A DNA stretch of 63,954 bases, filler included, from Octopus bimaculoides (GCF_001194135.2; 4 parts of 4 records of this genome joined end to end with filler, not necessarily neighbours in it), one strand, 5' to 3'; shown: positions 50,652 to 63,954, numbered from the whole stretch's first letter. The notes: generated by a model not told the origin, from the sequence alone. Translations and numbers: made by a program.

Positions 50652-51556
50652 AGTATCAAAAAAGTTTGGGACTAGTTCTGTAACGCACCAACAGATGGCA
50701 GTCCACGGATCTGTGCGCAATGAGCGTGCGCTAACAATGACCTTCGTGAGGCAGCAGTGTGCCCAGTGACATCATTGTGTTTACTTCGCAAGTTATGAAA
50801 TTTGTGTTTTTGTGTTCATGTGTATAGTGTAGTCTGGCTTTTGTGATGGATAGGAAGCAGGACCTAAGAGCCAACGTGAAATTTTGCGTGAAACTTGGGA
50901 CGTCTGCTACAGAAACATTGAGCATGCTTGGGTAAGCTCACGTCGACAAGGCAATGGATAATGCGCAATACTTCGAGATTCACGCGCGCGTCAAAAGTGA
51001 AAGAACGTCACTGAAGATGATGAACGATCTGGAAGACCTGCCATAAGAGTCACCCCTGGAAATGTGGAGAAAATCCATCAGCTTGTGCATGAGGATCACC
51101 GGAGGACAATGAATGACATTGCTGATGATGTTGGTTTGTCGTATGGGTCCGTGCAGGCAATCTTAACGTTCGCGAAGAAGTGGATTCTTCGCGACTACAA
51201 TGCACCTTGTCACCGAGCTCTCTTCTCTTGTGAGTTTCTCGCCACAAACAACAGGATGTCGCTTTCTCGCCCGCCCTATTTTCCAGATTTAGCACTTGCG
51301 GTTTTAAATCTCTTCTCTAAGATGAAAATACAGCTCAGAGGTCACCGTTTTAACACCGTTATCGAGATGCAGAGCTAATCGCAGAAGATCCTTGGCTTAC
51401 TTACGGCAAATGACTTCCAGGTCGAATTCCAAAATCACAAGGAACGCTGGGACCGGTGTATTACTACGCAAGGTCACTATTTTGAAAGAGATTACGTTAA
51501 AACTTAATTAATTATTTTTTATTAAACATAACTAATCCGGGAGAGTTTTGATTCTA
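50652..51556 (+). mobile_element. Mariner (DD34D) element, internally deleted, degenerate TIRs
   Basis: ATG 50846 MDRKQDLRANVKFCVKLGTSATETLSML..*; (fs) EDDERSGRP...IADDVGLSYGSVQAILT, joined at about 51168 to WILRDYNAPCH...PPYFPDLA (cf. HDNAP.H, YSPDLAP)...ERWDRCITTQGHYFE. Confidence 0.92.
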
Positions 51557-51949
51557 CATTTTATGAAATGAAAATACAAATCTTAAGGATGGCTTGACGT
51601 GAGGATTCAAGGATTGCCAGAAGAAGGCGCTAGCACTACATTATTTAATGACTTCTAAACTAATTGTTCTATTCTGCAAGACAGAAGGACTGAGATTTGT
51701 ATATTTTTTAGCCTACTAATTATGGACGGTGCCTATACCGTTCTCACACTCACTTTAATTAACTGACTAGATGGATGTTCAGGTGGCACATGGAAGTTCG
51801 GTCAACTGCAGGATTATGATGTAGGATTAACGATGAGAAAGGATTAGAAAGAAGTGTTTAGTGTGGAAACTAGTGAACAAAAAAACATTAAGTGACACGA
51901 GAAATGGCGGCATGTGTATCGGTAGAGGTGTTATATACCTCGCTAGCTT

Positions 51950-52750
51950 TGAGGAGTAACGGTCATTTTGGAAATTGAGGAAACACAGATTACATCCGAT
52001 AGGCTTTAGAATTGGTTGGCAAGTGGTTACGTGTTAAGAAGGTAGATGGCGTTCTTTCTGGCGGGCTTGTTTTTGGCTGCTGTATATTAGCAGTACTGTA
52101 CCATATGTGGAAAATATTCCAGTGTTAGTGTAAACTTAAGATTTGAGTTGTTCGGGGATTGTAGGACTTTTTTGACTATGAAAAAGAAGCTTAGTCTTTT
52201 GGACCGCAGAATATACAGAGATGGGGATATAAGATTGCCAGGAAAAAACTTTCGTGATGACGCGAAGAGAATTTTGTTACAATGCTGAGTCAGGGAAATA
52301 GGAGATAGTTTCTTTCATATGTGAATGATTGTATCTTCGCATTATTGGAAGATATAAGGTTTCCATTTTCACATTGCGATGTTTCCTTACTATGCAAAAA
52401 GGAACATGGTAACATTGAAAGAAACATACTAGCCATTTTCTCATTTTGAATGTTTTTGGGATAGACTTAGTTGTTATTTCAAACATTCGCATGAAGCCTT
52501 AAAGATTTCCCTGTTGATTCGTAACTTTCATACACGGGCTAAAAATCTGCTAATAAAAAAGTATATTCTTTGACATGAGATTTTGCAGACAAGTAAACTG
52601 AATCATCTTTTATTTAATGATTGGAAAGAAGATGACAGACTTGGGAAAATCTAGGGAATGGGGTCTGTATTACTAAGCTAAAAACTGAGGGAGTCACATT
52701 GCAGATAACTCCTTCATTTTTGTGGGGATTACAAACAAGTCTCTGATATT
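51950..52750 (-). mobile_element. Possible decayed Penelope-like RT region
   Basis: NNSNLKFTL (cf. NS.HPNLKFT) and KPARK..YL (cf. KPTD...YL); very degenerate. Confidence 0.3.
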
Positions 52751-53587
52751 TAAACGGTTAGACCAAAAGTTAAAACCGTTTGATAAAACAACTCTTTAAA
52801 CTAACATTTCATTTTCACAAGAATTGTTTTTATTTTATTTTACTTTATTTTTCATTAATAAATATTTCAGGTTTCAGATCAATATTGAATATTTGGTCAA
52901 ATTTAGGCATTCATATAATGCTATGTGTTGAAATTTCCCCTTCCTTCTTACTATCATCGCTCCAGTTATGGATATACGATCGGAGTTGATCGGGAAAAAA
53001 ATGGAAACCGTAATTGAAGGTGACATCTAAACTTACAGCAAACTATTTCATATGATTTCATAAAGAAAATTATAACACTTTGCACAAAATTTGATAATTC
53101 TTTTTTCTTCTTCTTCCAGGTAATTAGAGAACCGATATAGAGTATGTATTTAAATTGATTAATCAAAATTACTTAATCGATATATCTGAGTTAATTTGAA
53201 GTTGCTAGAATTAATAGTCATCAACTTTGATTTTCTGAAGCGCGAAAATTAGTCATTAATTTACTGTTCTTTTAATCAACACATATCGCATTTCGCCGGT
53301 GTTTCTATATTTTAATCAAATTTAGCGTCGAAATCCTGCAATACAGCAATCAAGAAAAAAAGCTATTTCCATACATTTTATCCTGATGTTATCTTAGTCA
53401 GCACGATTCCTTGATTAACGGAGTAACGAAGTAAATTAAAGATGGAAGCAAACTATAGATATGTATCGGCTTTCCGAAAAATTCATATTTTACCGAGAAA
53501 TAAGCAACGTATACATACATACATACATACATACATACATGCATGCATACATACATGCATACATACATGCATACACATATGTAGGCA

Positions 53588-53648
<61 letters not shown>

Positions 53649-54397
53649 TGTATATACATATTAATACATATATGTAGGTATACACATACACACTCAGACA
53701 TACACACTCAGACATACACACACACGCACACATATAAACTCGCGCATGTATAAGTAAATGAATAAACAAATGAACAAATAATTAATGGTTAGTTAATTAA
53801 CGGAATTATTTCCAAGAAGCATAATTTAATGAATAAGATGAAGAAAGAAAAGGAAGGAATATAAAATAATGCCTTTCAAAGAGTTGAAACCAGAACGCCT
53901 TATAACATACTGAGAATTAATTACTCATTCTCCTGTTTACAGTGAATTCTTGAGTCACATGTCCTGTATGGAAATTACAATTTGCGAACGGCGTATATTT
54001 AGAATATTTACGTGAAAGCTGATAAAACAAATGATACATCCAAGCAGTAAACACTATGGTAATCCCACCGGCGTAAGTTTTATGTGGTTCATTTGTTTCA
54101 GGATTGTGCGAAATACGAGTAGCGTTTCTCGTATATAAAGATGTATGCGTGCATGACGGTATGTCTGTCTGCATTTATCTATTATGTAATTATTCAGTTT
54201 TATTTTAAGATCTATTGTATGCGTGCATGTCTGTCTGTCTGTCTGTCTGTCTATGTATGTATGTATGTATGTGTGTATGTATGTCATTGTTCAGTTTTAT
54301 TTCAAGATTGCTTGCCAATAGAGAAAGAGCCGGTTTCTAACCTAGATCCAAGGCTCCGCCATTGGAATTCCAACATCAACAACAGAGTATTCTTGTT

Positions 54398-54429
<32 letters not shown>

Positions 54430-54899
54430 TGCATGTATGTACGTAAGTACGTATGTATGTGTGTTTGTATGTATGCATACATGCATGCATATATGTATGT
54501 ATTCATGTACGTATACACGTATGTATGTATGTATGTATGTATGTATGTATATATGCATGTATGTATGNNNNNNNNNNATGTATGTATGTATGTATGCATG
54601 TATGTACGTAAGTACGTATGTATGTGTGTTTGTATGTATGCATACATGCATGCATATATGTATGTATTCATGTACGTATACACGTATGTATGTATGTATG
54701 TATGTATGTATGTATGTATATATGCATGTATGTATGTACGTATGTATGTATGTATGTATGTATACGTGTATGTATGGAGACAGATGGATAGACAAAGACA
54801 GCTACACTTGTATATATGCAGATTCTTATCTATGAATATGGCCATGCGTGTGTATACAACAATACACACATATCATATGCAAATGTATATATATAATGC

Positions 54900-55070
54900 A
54901 GGCGCATGTGTGGCTGTGTGTTAAGAATATTGCTTGCCAACTACATAGTCCCGAGTTCAGTCCTGCTGCGTGCCACCTTGTGCAACTGTCTTCTACTATA
55001 GCTTCGGGCCGACCAAAGCCTTGTGAGTGGCTTTGGTAGACGGAAAGTGAAATATGACCGTTATATACAT
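54900..55070 (+). mobile_element. SINE-B head, followed by a degenerate minus-strand C tail (55085-55225)
   Basis: gtggctgtgtgttaag...gtcttctactatagcttcgggccgaccaaagccttgtgagtgg. Confidence 0.82.
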
Positions 55071-55384
55071 ATATGCGTATATATCCGATCAACAGAAAAA
55101 CCTGCTCGTCAAATTAACATCAGAAGCGGCTGAGCATTCCACAAACTCGAGTACTCTTACGTACTTCTCAGAGAGGTTCAGCATGATACAGGAAGTGACA
55201 AGGCTGACCCTTTGAAAAACAGGTAGAGCTATTTTTTGCCAGCAACAAGAAATAAAAAGTCAAGCTCAAGGACTCAGCATTGCCAGAAATCGAACTTAAG
55301 ACAATCGTAAGCCGAATACATTAACTACTGTGTCACATGCTTTCACTAAATCCACTGAGTAAAGAAAACAGGAACGACAACGAT

Positions 55385-55880
55385 TTCTAAAGTTGAGTAC
55401 ACCAAGCTATAGATGAATGCTAACATCCGTACAACACTACAAATGCATCAGAGAGTACGCACAATAAGACTACACAAATTACTCATAAATTTTATTGTAC
55501 GAATCAAACGTATAAAAAGTATCAAGCAGACGAATACATAATGAAGAATCTCATAAAGCGGGAAGCAAAATGCATCATATCTGACCACATACTTAAGTTA
55601 ATAACATGCCATTGAGACACCAAAAAACAGAACCAAAGCGTCTCATCAATAAGTCACCACAAGCGCGTAACCTCGAGAGGAAGCTACTAATGACTAATGT
55701 AATCTATAAATTTGATTGTAAAATCGATAATTGTAAACTTCAGCAGTCCAGGTGTTTCACTGGTCGTACTAGTACAACATTGACATGTAGCTTCACCATT
55801 CATTTACAACAAGGATCAATTGTAAAACGTTATACCAGACAGGAAAAAGTAAAGTTACATAGAAACATTACCAGATGATT
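55385..55880 (+). mobile_element. Penelope-like element fragment with GIY-YIG endonuclease
   Basis: HKFYCTNQTYKKYQADEYIMKNLI..., then TNVIYKFDCKIDNCK...FTGRTSTTLT.SFTIHLQQGSI (cf. NVVYKF.C...C...YIG.TT.TL..R.T.H.Q.GAI). Confidence 0.75.
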
Positions 55881-56114
55881 ATATAGGTTTTTTTACTACT
55901 TTTGCTTGGGTATTTTTAGACTTGGGAAAGCCGATATCTCTCCAGGTCTAACATGAGAGAAAAGACAATCAGAAGGAAAACAAAAATATGGAAAAACTTG
56001 ACACTAACTCACAATAAATACATGATTATTACTTTATTGCCCTGAAAATATAAGGGAAGTTGATATCGGCAGGTTTTGCATTGGGAACACTGAGAGACGG
56101 AACAAATTTTTACT

Positions 56115-56340
56115 CTTTTAATTGTTTCAGTCACTTGACTGTGGCCATGCTGGAGCCCCGCCTGTTGTCGAATAAGTCGACCCCAGGGCTTATTCTTTAT
56201 TAACCTAGTAGGTATTCTACTGGACCCTTTTGTCGAACGGCTAAGTTACGGGGGCGTAAACACACTAACATCGGTGGTCAAGCGACGGCGGGAGAACAAA
56301 CACAGGCACACAGATAACTACACTCTCACACACACATATA
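56115..56340 (-). mobile_element. SINE-B 3' part
   Basis: ttgtttcagtcacttgactgtggccatgctggagc...gctaagttacggggg.cgtaaacacac. Confidence 0.88.
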
Positions 56341-56356
56341 TATACATAAACATACT

Positions 56357-56574
56357 TATAAGAGGGATGACCACTAAGTGGACATCCGATATGCTAGATG
56401 TAGACTCCATATGGTCTGACCACTAAGAAAAGATTGTTCTCAAGAAAATTCAGCCAACGCTTACGTTCCGGCGTTTGCTGAATTTTCTTGAGAACAATCA
56501 TTTCTTAGTGGTCAGACCATATGAAGTCTACATCTAGCATGCTGGATGTCCGCTTAATGGTCATCCCTCTTATA
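56357..56574. mobile_element. Foldback/MITE-like element: 104-bp inverted arms, 10-nt loop, TATA ends
   Basis: Arms 56357-56460 and 56471-56574 differ at 8 positions with no indels. Confidence 0.9.
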
Positions 56575-56908
56575 TGTATGTAATATAATTTTTCTGATTC
56601 TTCAGATTTTTTCCTTATGCTAGGCCATTTGTTTAAATTGATATTAATCAAATTAATATTCAATTTTTTACCCTTAGTATTTAAAATATATATNNNNNNN
56701 NNNNNNNNNNNNNNNNNNNNNNNNNNNNNNNNNNNNNNNNNNNNNNNNNNNNNNNNNNNNNNNNNNNNNNNNNNNNNNNNNNNNNNNNNNNNNNNNNNNN
56801 NNNNNNNNNNNNNNNNNNNNNNNNNNNNNNNNNNNNNNNNNNNNNNNNNNNNNNNNNNNNNNNNNNNNNNNNNNNNNNNNNNNNNNNNNNNNNNNNNNNN
56901 NNNNNNNN

Positions 56909-56940
<32 letters not shown>

Positions 56941-56944
56941 TATA

Positions 56945-57105
56945 TAATGGGCTTCTTTTCAGTTTCCGTCTACCAAATCCACTCACAAGTCTTTGGTCGG
57001 CCCGAGGCTATAGTAGAAGACATATGCTCAAGGCTCCACACAGTGGGACTGGACCTAGGACCATGTGGCTGTGAAACAAGCGTCTTACCACACAGCCACT
57101 CCTGC
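56945..57105 (-). mobile_element. SINE-B head
   Basis: gggcttcttttcagtttccgtctaccaaatccactcacaag...ccacacagccactcctgcgcc. Confidence 0.9.
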
Positions 57106-57956
57106 GCCAATATATACATAACCTAAAAAATTCCTCCCAAAATATAAGTTAATTATGGAAGTTTTATTCATATCGGAATACGACGCCAAATTAAACACAC
57201 AAACAACATGAAAATCCTCCCCCCCCAAAAAAAATTGTGACTACTGGCACGATAACCAGGCACAAGTATGTCAATACGTAATTGTTAACCTACACACCTA
57301 GCGACCAACAAACTATCGGTGGTAAAGTATAAATGAATGGAATCAGTACAGAAGAAGCATCACAGACGGGAAATATATATTCAGTTCGTGAAGATCAAAC
57401 TTCGAATATGTATTTGGAAAAGTTATTGCTTCAAACTAGCTGTAAAAAAAAAACACCTACGAAAACACCTTAAACATAAGACGATAAAACTTGCAGACAG
57501 AATATATATANNNNNNNNNNNNNNNNNNNNNNNNNNNNNNNNNNNNNNNNNNNNNNNNNNNNNNNNNNNNNNNNNNNNNNNNNNNNNNNNNNNNNNNNNN
57601 NNNNNNNNNNNNNNNNNNNNNNNNNNNNNNNNNNNNNNNNNNNNNNNNNNNNNNNNNNNNNNNNNNNNNNNNNNNNNNNNNNNNNNNNNNNNNNNNNNNN
57701 NNNNNNNNNNNNNNNNNNNNNNNNNNNNNNNNNNNNNNNNNNNNNNNNNNNNNNNNNNNNNNNNNNNNNNNNNNNNNNNNNNNNNNNNNNNNNNNNNNNN
57801 NNNNNNNNNNNNNNNNNNNNNNNNNNNNNNNNNNNNNNNNNNNNNNNNNNNNNNNNNNNNNNNNNNNNNNNNNNNNNNNNNNNNNNNNNNNNNNNNNNNN
57901 NNNNNNNNNNNNNNNNNNNNNNNNNNNNNNNNNNNNNNNNNNNNNNNNNNNNNNNN

Positions 57957-57988
<32 letters not shown>

Positions 57989-58759
57989 GTAAACCTAAGA
58001 AAGATAACGTGCAACCTTAATCTGTTTTCCTCCATTATTCGATATCATTAGAAATGTCTACACCACATGACCAATTCGAGAAACAAGTAACTAATTCGTT
58101 TATATACTCATTTAATTCAGTAGATTAAGAGAAATGGAGCTAGTAATTTGTATACAATAACTGTTTAACATTATTTAGTATCAGAAACCTATCAGCAGAG
58201 GAGTCTTTTTCATCAAGGTACGGCTTAATATATGTAAAGCTACGCAGTAGACATGTAAGCAGGTCAAATTTACCTATTTCTCCATAGGCTGGAAATGTAA
58301 CGAACAATTTTAATCGATTTTCGACTCCTATTGGACTATGATATTAAGGAAATTACATGAAGTTATTTGCATGTTACACATTCTTCTCAGCTGGTTCGAT
58401 TAATAAATTACTGGTGTTTTAGATATGTATCTAATTTTCTTGGTCTTATATGCAGTTTCTTTGTGAATATTTAAAGTGGGTGTACAGCAGAGTTTGACGA
58501 AACAGGATTTAAATTGATAAAACTAGTTAAACTGCAGAGAATTTTTACCTCAAAATGTTCAGTGCACAAATTGAAATAAAAATCGACATCATTTATTGTA
58601 AGAAATTTCTTTGCTGCAGAAATGTAGATGAGTAGCACTCGATGTCTGACGTATGTTGGCAAATCAGTTTAATTCTCCTTCAAACTAATATTAGCCAGGA
58701 GAGAAAGATCTGTCGCTTGAGAAAAAAAATCAGATTCTTCTTTGGCATTGATTGATATA

Positions 58760-59695
58760 CTTAATCAAGATAATACTACCCCTTATTCCTGAAAACATAA
58801 TCCCATCTATTTGGCGAAATATTGATCTTTGGGGCGTAAAATTCCCTGCATGCGAAACAAAGAAACATTCAACATCTCTTTTAGCCTCTCAAATTTTATA
58901 AACTATTTTCCCTCTGCTGCAATGATCTCTAATGATGATAGAGTAAGGGGGCTGAGGCAGCAAAACCATATTTAATGCAATAATCTTTTCTCCAGTAACT
59001 TGGGCAATGTGCTTTTTCATTCTCGTGTAAGAGCAACGCCTCTTTACGATTTACAAATAATGGGCGCTTTTTGAAAATTTATGTTCAATGTCTCCATCGG
59101 ATGTCAGTACTTCCCCGCATTTACTGTTTCATTTTGACTTAGCATTTCACGATAGACGATACTCTTCATATCCCACCAAACACAGAACATAACTCTTTCC
59201 GGCTATAGCTCTGAAAGGGAATGGAATCTTTTATTTCATTGGGGTATCACTCAATTTTGCTTTCATTAGATACGATTATAGAGAAGCGACGTTTCATCAC
59301 TTGTGATGATTTTATTCAGGAAACGTTTAGTAGCAAGTCTGATTTTCAAGGAGGCAACAGAGTAGCACTTTATTTAAACTGAGAAATTCTCTATCGGTAT
59401 GGACCAATTTATACCCATTTTCTAGTTCAGAAATATATCTTATGGTCGCGCTGTGACGTGAATTGAAGTATTTCGCAAACTCTCGAGCTGTTTGTTTTGG
59501 ATTTTCTTCAATAGTGATGTTCAGAAGCTCATAATCGACAGAATATTGTCGTCCAAATCGAGGAGAGACTAGTTAAACCATCATTGACATATCCAGACTC
59601 TTAAGGCTTGATTGTCACAGACAGAACAAATATTTCATGCCGCTACCATTGTTAAAGAAGCTCTTTTGAATTGATATAGCATGCAATGTTTGATA
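58760..59695 (-). mobile_element. Decayed near-full-length Mos1-like mariner transposase
   Basis: Minus strand: HCMLYQFKRAS..NICSV; FLNKIITSDET (first D); KKRPLFVNRKEALLLHENEKAH (cf. LLHDNARPH); LPQPPYS; EFY...NRWDYV..NKG.YYLD*. Many stops and frameshifts. Confidence 0.85.
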
Positions 59696-60334
59696 TGGGC
59701 CTGATCTCTGATCTAAACTCATTTTCAAAGTATTTCGCCCGGCGTGTTAACGATTCTGCTACTTCGTCGCCTTATTTATCTCTCACAATACCAATATGCA
59801 TACTTTAAACAAACTAAAATGAGACATTCCTCAAGGTTTTACAATTTAAGGCCATAAAATTACTATTGACAAAAACTTAAGGGTTATTTCTGGGATGTTA
59901 TTCACTAAGTGCCAGCAGATACAAGTTTAATTTTATAACAAAAACAAATAAAAAGAACACTTTCATAAACACGGATTTATGAATGTCTTTACATCTTCCA
60001 CATACAACATCAACAATATTAAAAGAAAAATTATTGTCCTAGAACCCATTTTCGATTTGGTCGTTGAATTACTGGCCTATCTGAATTACTCACCATCCGT
60101 TTGGGGTGACTCTCGTATCGGTCGGCCACATGCTGTTACGGGTCATGCTACCTATATACGTGAAGCGGTCAAGGACGTCAGCATTCTCACCTGCAACAGT
60201 GACATACGAGAAACAAACAATTTGTAATCCAGCAGGAAGCCAACAGATATCTGGATCCTAGTCTTGACTCACGAAACTCTAACGCGAAGTGGTTACGCAT
60301 TCCCATTTAGTGAAAGGGTGCCTCATTTCAACAT

Positions 60335-60970
60335 CTTTATAACAACTAGGGAAGCAGAAGTGTCTATGATAATCATCATGGGATATCGCTTCTGTCTATT
60401 GCTGGTAAGATTCCTGCTCGACTCATTCTTGACAGGATCGTCAAACACGTTGTAAATATCTATTCAGAATCACAGTGATCTTTTTCTTTCGACAGATCAT
60501 GGAGAAAGTACGTGAGAAAAAGCAAGAGTTGCTCATTGTATTCTTGACCTTACCAAGGCCTTCAACACGGCAAGCACTATGGTCAACTGCCGTATGTTTC
60601 TGGCTCTTTGTACGGTGTTTACAGTGGAAGCTGTTTGCGGCTTATATCAAACTCTGCAATACGTTATGACTCGCTGGACAGGAATGTGCTCTGCAGTATT
60701 CTAGAGATGTGAGGCATACCTACTCCGACTGCTTGGTCTCATTGCAGCGCTGTGTACTAGAACGGTGGGTACAGTTCAGATTGGAAGAATAACATCTTAC
60801 TTTTCCCCAGTTAGATGTAGTGTGCCACTCTATTCATCCTTTGTATGGGCTAGATAATTGTCAGAAGGCTGTCTCGATCGAGTTATGCAGCACTCATTGT
60901 GGAACCAGGATTACTTACTTGCATTTTGCTGATGGTGCAGTTATCTTTGCTGAGTCTCTGCACAAGTGGG
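60335..60970 (+). mobile_element. RTE-clade LINE reverse transcriptase remnants (two overlapping-domain segments)
   Basis: GISLLSIAGKIPARLILDRI..SESQ; RQIMEKVREKKQELLIVF(fs)DLTKAFNT; then LFAAYIKLCN(fs)YDSLDRNVL..ILEM*GIP; YLHFADGAVIFAES (YADD box, 60925-60936). Confidence 0.85.
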
Positions 60971-61699
60971 TACTTGAGTCGAAGTACTTGACGTCAGATT
61001 CACATAAATGCTCATCAAATTTCAAAAAACAAATATTTGGGTTTGGACATTTTAGAGGTTATAACAAACCTTTAATTCCTCAACTGATGTAAACCCTTTC
61101 CAAAATAAACTTTAAGCAAATGAAGTGTGCACTTGCGTGTGCGTGTGTATATATATATATTTATTCATATACATACATGCATATATATATAGGTATGTAT
61201 ATAACGTGTATATATGTACGTATACGTGTGTATATAGATATATATATGTGTGTGTTGCTTTCCATTCTCTCGCCTCCCCCACATCCAAACACCCCCACCC
61301 CCACCCCCNNNNNNNNNNNNNNNNNNNNNNNNNNNNNNNNNNNNNNNNNNNNNNNNNNNNNNNNNNNNNNNNNNNNNNNNNNNNNNNNNNNNNNNNNNNN
61401 NNNNNNNNNNNNNNNNNNNNNNNNNNNNNNNNNNNNNNNNNNNNNNNNNNNNNNNNNNNNNNNNNNNNNNNNNNNNNNNNNNNNNNNNNNNNNNNNNNNN
61501 NNNNNNNNNNNNNNNNNNNNNNNNNNNNNNCCCACCCCCACCACCCCACACACCACCACGCACACACTAGCACTGACCACTTATCAGCACTCACACGCTC
61601 ATCCACACACCTGCACATACACACACACACACGTCAAGGTCAGCAGCCCTCTTCCACACGTACATACATGCTCTCTTATTCACATGCACGTGCACTTTC

Positions 61700-61985
61700 G
61701 TTTTAGGATCACCACTACTTTATTATCTCCCTTCTTTACTAGCCGTCCTGTGTGACTCCTTTGTCCAGAAAGAGGGACCCTGTGTCCTGTGTCCGGAATT
61801 CGCCATGATAGATCGCTAGCCACTACACATTCTTTATTTTCTCTTCCTGATTCTTTGTGTTCTTTTGTGTAGAAGAGCGTTGGGTGGAAACGTTAAAGGC
61901 TTCTTCACTTCCCGAGCGCTAAACTAATACATGCTTGTTGTCTACACCACCCGTTTTCGTCTTTTGTTTCTTGTGAATTCTCCTT
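61700..61985 (+). mobile_element. Penelope-type terminal-repeat-like interspersed repeat
   Basis: gaagagcgttgggtggaaacgttaaagg resembles a degenerate hammerhead core sharing GAAACGTTAA with 20631. Confidence 0.35.
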
Positions 61986-62456
61986 ATATGTATATATATA
62001 TNNNNNNNNNNNNNNNNNNNNNNNNNNNNNNNNNNNNNNNNNNNNTTAATTAATTAANNNNNNNNNNNNNNNNNNNNNNNNNNNNNNNNNNNNNNNNNNN
62101 NATATATATATGTATATATATATATAATATAATATACATATATATATGCAATATATTTATATACATATATAAATATGTACGTATATATTTATGCACACAT
62201 ATAAATAACTTTTACATATATGTATATAAATTTATATATATTTATATATATGCATATGTGTATTCATATGTATTTTATGTATATATATATGTATATATAT
62301 GTATATACATGTATATATATACACGCGCCCACGCATACTCATATGTGTATGCCTCAGGGGTGTATATGTATTTGTGTATGTATTTGTGCATTAAAACATA
62401 AATCCATATATGTGTACGTATAAAACATATGTGCACATATACATTATATATATGTT

Positions 62457-62501
<45 letters not shown>

Positions 62502-62660
62502 GCATAAAAATATATGCTGACACCGATACCCACATGCAAACACATACATGAGCAAACGGATAAAAGCACCGCCACGTGCATACGCACAATATATACACAC
62601 ACATGCACACACACACAGACGCACACACATAATGTACATATAATATTTATGCATATATAT

Positions 62661-62698
<38 letters not shown>

Positions 62699-63312
62699 NN
62701 NNNNNNNNNNNNNNNNNNNNNNNNNNNNNNNNNNNNNNNNNNNNNNNNNNNNNNNNNNNNNNNNNNNNNNNNNNNNNNNNNNNNNNNNNNNNNNNNNNNN
62801 NNNNNNNNNNNNNNNNNNNNNNNNNNNNNNNNNNNNNNNNNNNNNNNNNNNNNNNNNNNNNNNNNNNNNNNNNNNNNNNNNNNNNNNNNNNNNNNNNNNN
62901 NNNNNNNNNNNNNNNNNNNNNNNNNNNNNNNNNNNNNNNNNNNNNNNNNNNNNNNNNNNNNNNNNNNNNNNNNNNNNNNNNNNNNNNNNNNNNNNNNNNN
63001 NNNNNNNNNNNNNNNNNNNNNNNNNNNNNNNNNNNNNNNNNNNNNNNNNNNNNNNNNNNNNNNNNNNNNNNNNNNNNNNNNNNNNNNNNNNNNNNNNNNN
63101 NNNATATGTATGTATGTATGTATATAAATATATATGGATACCAGGCAAGTCAAGTTGAGATTGGCATGAGTGAATTGAACAGCGGACATTTTTTACACAC
63201 TCGATTGACAATATTAAACTTTCACTTTTAAACGCTTCGGCAACTCCCAAACTTTCAGAACCCCACACAAGTCTCGGCCCACCATCATCATCACCATCAT
63301 CCTCGTCTTCAC

Positions 63313-63372
<60 letters not shown>
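63313..63372. repeat. (ATT)n microsatellite
   Basis: Directly visible. Confidence 0.98.
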
Positions 63373-63373
<1 letters not shown>

Positions 63374-63954
63374 GCTGTTGCATATTGTTATTGCTCATTT
63401 TTTTAGTTGTTTAATTATACGCCATTTTATTTTGTCTTGTATTACGTTGTGAAGACGCGAAGTCTTTGATGTGTCACGTGTCACGATTGCTTTTCTCGAC
63501 GAGCGATACATGCTTAGGTTTGAGAAAAACACAAGTTAAAAGTAAAGAAAGAAAGGGAATAGATAAATAAATAAATATACACTTTTTCCGAATTGCTAAA
63601 AAAAAAAACAATGAAAATAAATATATAAGTAAATAAAGTTTTATTATTATCATTGTTATTGTTGTTGTTGTGGTGGTGTTTTTTTTATTATTATTATTGT
63701 TATTATTAATCTGCAAGTCTATAGGGAAATATAGTCTTTATTGTTGCTGGAAATGATAAAAGGATTCGGAATTTAAAAATATAAGTAGAATAATAGTAAA
63801 TATATATATAAATAAAATTAACAATGATGATGATGGATGATGATAATGATGAAAATCATGATGCTGATGATAATGATGGTGTATTTCATGGCGACAACAA
63901 ACATGAATAGATGCATACAGATATAGATATACACACACACACAAGCATATATAT

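Noticed and set aside
53943-54072. Strong acceptor (ctcctgtttacag) and donor (gtaagt) pair
   Set aside because: All three frames contain stops; it could only be a non-coding exon and there is no transcript evidence.
54401-54745. Tandem duplication of about 165 bp across a 10-N gap
   Set aside because: Identical sequence on both sides of a minimal gap indicates unmerged overlapping contigs; the same applies to 18376-18455.

Overview
Repeat-saturated, AT-rich animal genomic DNA from a draft short-read assembly. There are 22 N-gaps (about 6.6 kb, about 10%), most of them abutting microsatellites. The SINE families and microsatellite load look like an octopus (coleoid cephalopod) genome; this is inferred from remembered repeat families, not from a search. 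I could not identify any host protein-coding gene. Nearly all long ORFs in the supplied track are artefacts of N-runs and (TA)n/(CA)n/(AG)n/triplet repeats, so the window is probably intergenic or a large intron. Supportable content: many copies of four tRNA-type SINE families (labelled A-D here), and decayed LINE fragments (RTE, CR1-like, R4/Dong-like REL endonuclease, Penelope-like). DNA transposon remnants include two mariners, a maT/Tc1-like element, an internally deleted Sola-like element, a pogo-like remnant, a Tigger-like MITE and a 218-bp foldback. The most interesting structures are (1) head-to-tail SINE-A arrays of mixed tail variants separated by one conserved 13-bp spacer, suggesting repeated insertion at the same site; (2) a near-identical inverted duplication that runs past a SINE end into unique flank; (3) a 104-bp-arm hairpin; (4) a minimal hammerhead-ribozyme core in a Penelope-type terminal repeat; (5) a SINE-A/SINE-C chimera. 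I found no clear novel multi-gene system, and SINE copy boundaries are approximate.
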